From: Armatimonadota bacterium
GTDB lineage: Bacteria > Armatimonadota > Fimbriimonadia > Fimbriimonadales > GBS-DC
Assembly: GCA_037445735.1 (NCBI GenBank)
Contig: JBBIJY010000034.1
Coordinates: 1-24,508 of the forward strand
Length of the DNA stretch: 24,508 nucleotides
Reading direction: 5' to 3'
Below are positions 1 through 7,540 of this stretch, one piece after another; positions within the stretch are counted from its first letter, which is position 1; every line of letters begins with the position of its first letter. Below the pieces are notes generated by a model. That model saw only the letters and a list, made by a program, of their open reading frames with translations, searched no databases and had not been told where the DNA came from. Made by a program: the position numbers and the translations under genes.

Positions 1-125
1 CCGGTGGCGAAGGTGATGCCGCCGCCGTCGATGGTCCACCAGCTGAGGTCGTAGCCGCCGCCCGATTGGGCGCAGGCGAGGCTCATCAGCGTCGCGAGTA
101 TCGTGCACATCATTATGGTTCTCAT
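1..125 (-). CDS. 5' part of a secreted protein (runs off the window): MRTIMMCTILATLMSLACAQSGGGYDLSWWTIDGGGITFAT...
   Basis: Manual translation, not in the ORF track. ATG at 125-123, strong SD AAGGAGG (rc of 132-138), signal-peptide-like N-terminus ending ACA-Q, then a 'YDLSWWTIDGGG' motif I recognise from uncharacterised secreted proteins. Confidence 0.85.
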   Translation of the reverse strand, partial: MRTIMMCTILATLMSLACAQSGGGYDLSWWTIDGGGITFAT

Positions 126-141
126 GGTTGTCCTCCTTATG

Positions 142-241
142 GTTTGTGCCCCCTCACCCGTACCCTCTCCCCCGCAGGCGGGGGAGAGGGCAGGCGCCCC
201 ACTCCCACGCTTGGGGAGAGAGGGGTAGGGGCGGGACAAAC
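142..241. repeat. REP/REPIN-like composite palindrome
   Basis: Inner stem 163-175/178-190 (ccctctcccccgc/gcgggggagaggg); imperfect outer arms gtttgt..(142) / ..acaaac(241). Bases 148-167 are the exact reverse complement of 24433-24452. Confidence 0.85.
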
Positions 242-2208
242 TACCGCTTCCGGTTGAGTTGCGCACGCAGTTGCTGCACCTCGTTGCGCAGTTGCTGGAT
301 TTCCGCCTGCTGCGCCTGCAGGGCGTTCACCAGCAGCGGAATCAACGCCTGATAGTTCACCGAGAGGGTTTTGTTGTCATCCGTGCTTTCCAGCACCAGT
401 TCGGGAAACACCTCGCGCAGCTCCTGCGCGATGAACCCATACTGCAGGGTCTGCGGCAGTTGCTCATCGCGCCAGTAGTACGACACAGGGCGCAGGCTCA
501 ACAGACGCTGGAACTCCGAAGAGACATTCAGCGGCTGAATATCGCGCTTGAGCCGCTCATCGGAGCGCGTCCGATATTCGGTCGCAAGAATGCCGCTGGC
601 AGTAATGTCCCATGTCGCTATGCCGCCGTTCCATCCTGTGGGCCAGTCCGTGCGCGACTGACCGTTGTTGCCCGGAATCACTGCCACCGATAGCCCGCTA
701 CCCTTGATGCGCGCCCGCTCGGTGAAACTACTGCTGCTTCCGAACCCGAAGGCAATGTCGCTGCTCGCCTGATCCGTGTAGATCTGGAGCAGACTGGGCT
801 GAATACCCAGCCCGTAGTGCGCGGTCTCAGAGGCGCCCCACAGAACAATCTTGCTGCCTGTCGCGCTGGCTAAAGAAAGCGGGGCAATCGGGTTGCTCGT
901 GCCAATCCCTACATTGCCGTTCGAGTGGATACGCACTGTCTCGTTGCCATCGCTGTTCAAAAAGCGCACCACATCATCGCCTGTGTTATCCACATCAGGA
1001 CGCAGAGTGATTGGACCCGCGCTCCGAATCGCGCCGTCGTCCACACGAAGGTTGCCCACGATGTGCAACCGATCAACAGGGATGCTCGTGCCGATCCCGA
1101 CATCTCCGCTGCCCGAAATGGTCATGATCTCGTAGCCGTCCGGCGCATTCAGGAACGAGAAGCGGTTCCCAGAGTGATAGAGGTGGAACCGAAACTGCCC
1201 AGAAGCCACGCCCAACCCCATCACTTCGTTGGGGGTGTTTCCCTGCCAGATTGCCAGTTTCGTGTGTGCGTCGCCTCCCCCCAGCGACAGGCGTGCCGCA
1301 GGGCTGTCCGTACCAATCCCGACGGCTCCCTGACGCACCACCAGGCTTTCAACAGGTACAGCCATATAGGTGCGCAGGAGCATATCGGCGTTCGATCCCA
1401 GGCTGCTCCTGCCGTTCAGGTAGGGATTGCTATAGTTGGCGCTCACCAGTAGACCGATAGGTCTCACCTCAACCGTGTAGCGTTGTCCTGCAGTCAGGTT
1501 GACCCCGCCGATCGCCACCTCGTGCCAGCCTGTGAAGGCGCCAGGTGTGACCGAGCGCTCGGCGAGCAGAGCACCTCCCGTGCCCTCGCCTTCGTACACG
1601 CGGATGGACAGTGCGCCGCCCGTTGCAAAAAACAGGTAGACCGCGACTCTGGTCAGCACGCCCGTGATAGCTGGCGTGAACGATTGCCAGTGCCAACCCT
1701 GCGGGTAGTCCTGAACCACTGTCGTAGTCTCCTGATCCAGCTGGTCAGGCGGCAGGCTGCGCACATGCAGGTCGCCCTGCGGGCTGTTCGTACCTATGCC
1801 CACATTGCCTGCGGCGTAGAAGATGTTGCTCCCCGAAGTCTGCCACGGACGCTGGGCGAAGAAGGCGGTGCTGGCATACGGTGTGGGGTTAATTTTCACA
1901 CGGGGCGAGAGTGTGGTGGAACCGACACTGATCTCCAGATAGCGGTCGGAGCCGTCCCACACATTTCCGAAGTCCAGTTGCACGGTAAACAACCCGTTTT
2001 GCACATTCACATTCTGGGTAATCGTACTCCCCACCTGGGAGCCGCCTGTGAGCGCGGTGAAGAGTTTGAAGCTGATGCTGAGCGTGCCGTTCACGGGCTG
2101 TCCGTTCTGTTTGAGGACGCCCTGGTAGGTGAACGGTTGTGCGACGACAGGGCTGGCGAGTGTCAGAGCCAGCCATCCGAGAATCCCCAAAACTATCCCG
2201 CGTTTCAT
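241..2208 (-). CDS. Secreted tail-fibre-like protein with C-terminal Peptidase_S74 intramolecular chaperone and coiled coil
   Basis: Signal peptide (..SPVVA-Q), N-terminal FTYQG domain, four G[NAD]VGIGT repeats, central beta-sandwich-like insert, S74 motif R-SDERLKRDI..L.PVSY.W..YGFIAQEL..VFPELV..VNYQALIP, terminal heptads; SD GGAGG at rc 2218-2222. Confidence 0.88.
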   Translation of the reverse strand: MKRGIVLGILGWLALTLASPVVAQPFTYQGVLKQNGQPVNGTLSISFKLFTALTGGSQVGSTITQNVNVQNGLFTVQLDFGNVWDGSDRYLEISVGSTTLSPRVKINPTPYASTAFFAQRPWQTSGSNIFYAAGNVGIGTNSPQGDLHVRSLPPDQLDQETTTVVQDYPQGWHWQSFTPAITGVLTRVAVYLFFATGGALSIRVYEGEGTGGALLAERSVTPGAFTGWHEVAIGGVNLTAGQRYTVEVRPIGLLVSANYSNPYLNGRSSLGSNADMLLRTYMAVPVESLVVRQGAVGIGTDSPAARLSLGGGDAHTKLAIWQGNTPNEVMGLGVASGQFRFHLYHSGNRFSFLNAPDGYEIMTISGSGDVGIGTSIPVDRLHIVGNLRVDDGAIRSAGPITLRPDVDNTGDDVVRFLNSDGNETVRIHSNGNVGIGTSNPIAPLSLASATGSKIVLWGASETAHYGLGIQPSLLQIYTDQASSDIAFGFGSSSSFTERARIKGSGLSVAVIPGNNGQSRTDWPTGWNGGIATWDITASGILATEYRTRSDERLKRDIQPLNVSSEFQRLLSLRPVSYYWRDEQLPQTLQYGFIAQELREVFPELVLESTDDNKTLSVNYQALIPLLVNALQAQQAEIQQLRNEVQQLRAQLNRKR

Positions 2209-2230
2209 CGGTTGTTACCTCCACGCCTCC

Positions 2231-2268
2231 ACTATACACCAGGTGGGCGCGAATTTCAGAAATTTGCG
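2231..2268 (-). promoter_or_regulatory. Putative promoter (-10 TATAGT at 2236-2231) with a palindromic operator-like site at 2248-2268
   Basis: cgcgaatttc-a-gaaatttgcg is a 9/10 inverted repeat covering the expected -35 position upstream of the fibre gene. Confidence 0.45.
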
Positions 2269-2279
2269 GAAAAATGCAA

Positions 2280-2310
2280 CACCCCCCTGCATCAGGCATA
2301 TCAGGGGGTG
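2280..2310. terminator. GC-rich hairpin downstream of the lipoprotein gene (possible terminator)
   Basis: cacccccctg (2280-2289) pairs imperfectly with cagggggtg (2302-2310); on the - strand it is followed by ttgcattttt. Confidence 0.45.
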
Positions 2311-2358
2311 CTGATCAGTGCAGCTCTATAGTGGAGCGGCGTTTCCAAGAGAACGGTT

Positions 2359-2802
2359 TCAGAAGGGCGGCGAGGGGGGTGAACCTGCCGTGCGGACACT
2401 GGTCTCGCGGGTAGCTTCGTTCCCCGCGCGGTCGACCGCTCGCAGCACCACGCGCGCGTCGCCACCTGTGCCCGATGGTGTCCACTGCGCCGTGAAAGCG
2501 CCCGTGTAGGTGCTGCCACCAGATGCCTGCAACGCCACGCTCGCCTGCGTGTTGTCAGGGTAGGTGATGACGGCAACAACCGCCTGCACGCCGCTACCCG
2601 CATCCGACACATTCGCGCTGATCTGAGCCTGCACGCCCACCGTGAGCAGGCTGGGCGAGACGGCGAGCGAGCCAATCGCGGGCGGCGTGGTGTCCTGCAC
2701 GGTGCCTCCACCGCCGCCGCCCCCTCCACCGCCACACGCCACGATGAACACGACCGCTATCGCGCTCAGCGTCAATGTTGCATATTTCTCAAGGGTGCGC
2801 AT
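2359..2802 (-). CDS. Lipoprotein with Gly10 tether and a single Ig-like domain
   Basis: Signal peptide with lipobox-like IVA-C (Cys codon 2736-2734), ten Gly, DTTPP.I start and 'LRAVDRAGNEAT' typical of bacterial Ig-like domains; SD TAAGGAGG overlaps the upstream stop codon. Confidence 0.85.
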   Translation of the reverse strand: MRTLEKYATLTLSAIAVVFIVACGGGGGGGGGGTVQDTTPPAIGSLAVSPSLLTVGVQAQISANVSDAGSGVQAVVAVITYPDNTQASVALQASGGSTYTGAFTAQWTPSGTGGDARVVLRAVDRAGNEATRETSVRTAGSPPSPPF

Positions 2803-2812
2803 CGGAACCTCC

Positions 2813-5800
2813 TTATCGGGTCAGCAGGATGGGCACGACCGCGCGGGCAACCTGACCATCTTCACCCAGAGCCACCAGCTCCGCCACATAGCTGCCTGGC
2901 GGCAAAGACCGTCCCGCATCATCGCGTCCGTCCCAGACCAGCTCCTGCACGCCCGCCCCGCGCGTGCGCGCGTCGCCCAGCGTGCGCACCGTTCGCCCGC
3001 CTGCCCGAATCTGCACCTGCAAACGCGCCTCCGCCGTCAGCGTGCAACGCAGCGTGAAGCTGTTGCCCGTGCCGCGCCCGCCCTGCACCGACGGGTTCAG
3101 CACCCGCAACAACACCCGACTGGAAATCGGCTCAATCGTGAAGCGGAACCGTCCCCCTTCAGGCGGCGCCGTGAAGGTGTAATGCCCTGCGGTGCGCAGC
3201 GGGCGTCGGGCGCCCGTGCGTTCATCCACCAGCATCAGGTTCACCCCGCGCGGCAGGCGCAACAGATTACCGAAGCGCAAAGTAATAACCTGCGGCTGGT
3301 TACCCGGCGCAACCACCACCTCCAGCGTCCAGCGCACGCTGCGAGACGATTCAGCGCGGAAGTCGGTCGCAAAGTAGCCTTCTGCGCGAACAAAGCGCAG
3401 CTGAACAGGCGACGATTCATCGGGTGGCGGCGCTGGTGCAGGGCTTGCCCGCAGGATGCGCCCGGCTGTGATGCCGAACCACACAGGCTGGCTGATGTCC
3501 GTCCCGCTGAGCGCGTCCACCCGCAACGCCCACCCTGCAGGCGGACGCCCGGCGCCGCGCTGACGACCGCGTGAGGCGTTCAGCACCAGCGCGCACTCCT
3601 CGCGTGCCAGTATCCAGTATGCCTGCCACGGCGCCAGCGTGCCCGCCACATTCGGCAGCACCTGCGGGTCGTACACCAGCGCATATTGCCCGCGCATCGG
3701 GTCGTCCGCGCTCTGCTGCCACCCCCACAGGTAGTCCTCAAGCCAGCCACTCTGCTGGGCATCTGGCAGGCTCTTGCGCGTGCTGCCCTGCTGCACCTGC
3801 ACCGCCTCCAGATCCCATTCAATCGGCTCCAGCGTGGGGTTCGCAATCAGGTTCCAGCCGGGCTGGAGCGGGATGATGACCTCGCCCGTGATGGGGCTGC
3901 CATACAGGTTCGGCTGGATGGGTGTGATTGCCTTGATGAAGTAGCCCTCGCCGGGCTGCAGCTGGCTGACACTGGTGTATTGCTGGGCGATGGCGTTCCA
4001 GCGCACGATAATGACGCCGCTCAGTCCGAGCGTGCTGGGATCGCTGGGGCTGGTGCGCAGGCTGAGCGCGAAGGTGCGGACGCCCTGCAGGCGCAGGGGC
4101 ACAGCGGCGCTGATATTGAGCGTGCGGGTCGCGCTCCAGCTGCTCCAGTTGCCTGCCACATCGCGGGCGCGTGCCTGCCAGCGGAGTGTGCCCTCTGGTA
4201 GCGGGCGCGATTCGGGCACGGGGAACGCCAGCGTGGAGCCGCTGGGCACCTGATCGGTGCTGAAAGTGAGCGTTTGCGAGCCGATGGTGATCTGGATTTC
4301 GAACGAGACGGGCTGTCCTTCGGGGTCGGTAGCTCGCAGGCGGAAGATGGGCGTGCGCGAGGTATAGGCGCTGTCGGCAGGGGCAAGCAGTTCCGGCGTG
4401 CCGGGCGGGTTGTTGGGCTGCGGAACGGTGAATCGGATGGGCGGCGTCCAGTCGCTCATGGCGTTCTGATTATCACGGGCGCGCGCCCGCCAGGTGTAGC
4501 TGCCGGGCGATAATGCCTGCGATGATGGCACCGTGAAGCTCGCCACCGTGCCGCTGGACACCGTGCTGGTGGTGAACTCGAACGGCATGCCCGACGGCGG
4601 CGTGATCTGGATAATCGCGCTCACCGTGTCGTCGTCAGGGTCGCTCACACGCACGCGGAAAGTGGGCGTGGGCGTCACCTGCGCGTTATCGGCAGGCTCC
4701 ACCAGCATGGGCACATCGGGCGGGCGATTGGTCGCGGAAACGGTGAAGGCAAAGCTGCCGCTCCAGTCGCTCAGGTTGCCGTTGCTATCCTGCGCGCGCG
4801 CTCGCCAGGCGTAGTTGCCCGCACTCAGCGGCTGGCTGGCGGAGATGCTGACGCTCGCTTCCGAGCCGCTGGCGACGAACCCCGTCTCCAGCGTGCGCGT
4901 ACCACCCGATAGAGCAGTGATTTCAATCACCACCTTGACCGTATCGCCGTTCGGGTCGCTCAGGCGCACGCGGAAGGTGGGCGTCGGTGCGACAGTGCTA
5001 CCATCGGAGGGGCTGATCAGCACAGGCACATCGGGCGGCTGATCCGGCTGGGGCACAGTAAAGCGGCGCGGGTCGGTCCAGCCGCTCTCACCGTTGTAGT
5101 TGTCCTGCGCCTTCGCCCGCCAGGTGTAGCTGCCGGGCGATAATGCCTGCGATTGCGGCACCGTGAAGTTCACCTCGTTCCCGCTCGCCACAAAACCAGT
5201 CTGGAAAGTGAGTGTCTGATTGTTGCCCGTGATTTCGATCACGGCGCGCACGCTATCGCCATCCGGGTCGCTCAGGCGCAGGCGGAAGGTGGGCGTGGCG
5301 GTCAGCATGGCGTTATCGGCAGGCTCCAGAATCGTGGGCTTGCCAGGCGCCTGATTGGCAATCGTGAGTGTGCGGGGCTGGCTCCACGCGCTGCTGGCGC
5401 CCTGCGCGTCGGTCGCTCGCGCTCGCCAGCGATAGACATCGGGCAGCAGCGGCTGGTCAGTGGGTATCCCGAAGGAAACGGTCGTGCCGCTGTTGACCAG
5501 CCCAGAGGTGTAGGTGCGCGTGCGGTTCTGGCTATCGGTAATCTCCACTGTCGCCTGCACCCGATTGCCATCGGGGTCGCTGACCTGCACCTGGAAGGTG
5601 GGCGTGCGACTGGTGAGGCTGGCGTTCTCGGCGGGGCTGACCAGCACGGGCACATCGGGCGGCTGGTTGGGCGGACCGGTAATCCACGCCATCGCCAGCC
5701 CATCTTCACCGCCGGTGAGCATCGCCTGCCCATCGGGGGAAAGGGCAAGCGCGTAGATGGGCATATCGTGCAGGCTCAGCTGCCGATAGAGCGCGCCGCT

Positions 5801-7483
5801 GCTCGCTGTCCATACACGCACCACACCATCCCAGCTCGTGGTGATGAGCAGCGAGCCGTCGGGCGTGAACGCCGCGCGCGAAACGGGACCTGTGTGGCTG
5901 AGCGTAATAAACTCGGTGCCCGTCGCCACATCCCAGATTCGGGCGTTCGCGTCGGTGCTGGTCGAAGCCAGTCGCGCGCCATCGGGCGAAAACGCGAGGT
6001 GTGTGACGGATTCCGTGTGGGCGTTGAGGGTACGCACCAGCGCGCCTGTGCCCGCGTTCCAGAGCCGAACGACACCGCTCGAATCGCCCGTGGCGATGAG
6101 GGCGCCGTCAGGCGCGAACGCAACCGCCGTTGCACCGCCCGTATGCCCCGATAGTGAGCGTAACGCGCTCCCTGTCGCCACCGTCCAGAGCTGAACCGTG
6201 CCGTCCATGCTCGCCGTGGCAAGCAGCGTGCCATCGGGCGAGAAGGCAACCGCTTTGATCTCGAAACTGCTCGCTGACCACTGGCGCGCGATGGCGCCGC
6301 CGGGCATCGAGCGCAGCACAACAGTGCCGTTCCAGTCGCCGGTGGCAATCAGGGCGCCATCGGGTGAGACGGCAAGCGCCAGAATCGGCGAATCCTGCGC
6401 GGCGTAGGTTTGCTGATGGCTGCCGTCGCTCGCGTTCCAGCGTCGGAGGGTCGCATCGAAGCCTGCCGAGATGACCGAGCCGCCGGAGACGAAGCCGGCG
6501 CCATACACTGTGTCGGCGAGCGCGGGCAGTGCGCCCTGTGCTGCGCCGTCCGACACGCGCCAGAACCGAACGCCGTCGCCACCCCCCGAGGTCAGGCGCG
6601 AGCCGTCCGGTGAGAGCGCCATGCTCAGCACCTCGCGCGTCAGTCCCGTGACGGTGTAGAGCGGGCTGCCGTCGGTGGGGTTCCACGCGCGGATGCTCGC
6701 GTCCCAGCTGCCTGACAGCAGGCGCGCCCCATCGGGCGTGAATATCAGGCTGCTAATACGAGCGGTATGCCCGCTGAGCGTGCGCAGCCAGCCGCCATCG
6801 CTGGTTGACCAGAGCCGAATCTCGCCGTCGTTGCTGCCAGTGGCAAGCAGGGTGCCGTCGGGCGAGAGGGCAACTGCCCACACGGGCGTCGCGTGCGCAT
6901 TGATGGTGACCAGCACCTCGCCCGTGCTGACCCGCCAGAGGCGTGCCGTGCCGTCCCAGCTGCCTGTCGCCAGCGTCTGGCTATTGGCGGTGAAGGCGAG
7001 GCTGGCGACGCCTGCCGTGTGCCCGCTGAGCGTGCGCACCGCCGCGCCCGTGCCGGCGTCCCAGAGTCGGGCGGTGTTGTCGGTGCCGCCCGTCGCCAGC
7101 AGCGTGCCATCCGGGGAGAAAGCGACCGCCAGCGCGGCGCCTGCGTGCGCGTTAATCGTCGCGACGCTCGCGCCCGTGCTGACCTGCCAGAGAATCACGC
7201 GCCCGTCGTCGCCAGCAGAGGCTAATCGCTGACTGTTCGGCGCGAACACCAGCGCGTTCACAGGCGCCGAGTGCCCGCGCAACACACGCACCAGGCGATA
7301 GTCACTGGTTCGATACAGGGCAATCTGTCCGCCCGCCGCCGACACCGCCAGATATTGACCATCGGGCGAGAGGGCAACCGCCTGACCCTTCAGAATTGGC
7401 TGACGCCAGAGCAGGTCCTGCGCGCCAGCCACCACGATTGCAAGGGTCAGCAGACCACCAATCAGCCACCGTGCTTGCTGCAT
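2813..7483 (-). CDS. Exported WD40-repeat protein (14 repeats), five Ig/FN3-like repeats, C-terminal FlgD-Ig-like domain
   Basis: Signal peptide; 14 counted GH..V..AFSPDG..LATG..DG...LW repeats; five ~105-aa N.PP..P.L..P..TPTF...SDP.G..Y.WRA.A.D repeats (~5670-4110); C-terminal WDGRDDAGRSLPPGSY. Confidence 0.92.
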   Translation of the reverse strand: MQQARWLIGGLLTLAIVVAGAQDLLWRQPILKGQAVALSPDGQYLAVSAAGGQIALYRTSDYRLVRVLRGHSAPVNALVFAPNSQRLASAGDDGRVILWQVSTGASVATINAHAGAALAVAFSPDGTLLATGGTDNTARLWDAGTGAAVRTLSGHTAGVASLAFTANSQTLATGSWDGTARLWRVSTGEVLVTINAHATPVWAVALSPDGTLLATGSNDGEIRLWSTSDGGWLRTLSGHTARISSLIFTPDGARLLSGSWDASIRAWNPTDGSPLYTVTGLTREVLSMALSPDGSRLTSGGGDGVRFWRVSDGAAQGALPALADTVYGAGFVSGGSVISAGFDATLRRWNASDGSHQQTYAAQDSPILALAVSPDGALIATGDWNGTVVLRSMPGGAIARQWSASSFEIKAVAFSPDGTLLATASMDGTVQLWTVATGSALRSLSGHTGGATAVAFAPDGALIATGDSSGVVRLWNAGTGALVRTLNAHTESVTHLAFSPDGARLASTSTDANARIWDVATGTEFITLSHTGPVSRAAFTPDGSLLITTSWDGVVRVWTASSGALYRQLSLHDMPIYALALSPDGQAMLTGGEDGLAMAWITGPPNQPPDVPVLVSPAENASLTSRTPTFQVQVSDPDGNRVQATVEITDSQNRTRTYTSGLVNSGTTVSFGIPTDQPLLPDVYRWRARATDAQGASSAWSQPRTLTIANQAPGKPTILEPADNAMLTATPTFRLRLSDPDGDSVRAVIEITGNNQTLTFQTGFVASGNEVNFTVPQSQALSPGSYTWRAKAQDNYNGESGWTDPRRFTVPQPDQPPDVPVLISPSDGSTVAPTPTFRVRLSDPNGDTVKVVIEITALSGGTRTLETGFVASGSEASVSISASQPLSAGNYAWRARAQDSNGNLSDWSGSFAFTVSATNRPPDVPMLVEPADNAQVTPTPTFRVRVSDPDDDTVSAIIQITPPSGMPFEFTTSTVSSGTVASFTVPSSQALSPGSYTWRARARDNQNAMSDWTPPIRFTVPQPNNPPGTPELLAPADSAYTSRTPIFRLRATDPEGQPVSFEIQITIGSQTLTFSTDQVPSGSTLAFPVPESRPLPEGTLRWQARARDVAGNWSSWSATRTLNISAAVPLRLQGVRTFALSLRTSPSDPSTLGLSGVIIVRWNAIAQQYTSVSQLQPGEGYFIKAITPIQPNLYGSPITGEVIIPLQPGWNLIANPTLEPIEWDLEAVQVQQGSTRKSLPDAQQSGWLEDYLWGWQQSADDPMRGQYALVYDPQVLPNVAGTLAPWQAYWILAREECALVLNASRGRQRGAGRPPAGWALRVDALSGTDISQPVWFGITAGRILRASPAPAPPPDESSPVQLRFVRAEGYFATDFRAESSRSVRWTLEVVVAPGNQPQVITLRFGNLLRLPRGVNLMLVDERTGARRPLRTAGHYTFTAPPEGGRFRFTIEPISSRVLLRVLNPSVQGGRGTGNSFTLRCTLTAEARLQVQIRAGGRTVRTLGDARTRGAGVQELVWDGRDDAGRSLPPGSYVAELVALGEDGQVARAVVPILLTR

Positions 7484-7540
7484 CCCGTGCCGATTATCGG
7501 CATCGGGGCAGGGAAATTTAACGGGGACACGGCGCCGTGA

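Noticed and set aside
66-352. Short + strand ORFs (PHPYPLP.., PLTRTLSP..)
   Set aside because: They are translations of the palindromic repeat and overlap real - strand genes.
241-2208. Prophage tail gene
   Set aside because: It has a signal peptide, and no phage structural, integrase or lysis genes are in the window.
2704-2733. Gly-codon run as a contingency microsatellite
   Set aside because: The codons are mixed (GGC/GGT/GGA/GGG), which fits a selected flexible linker rather than a pure repeat.
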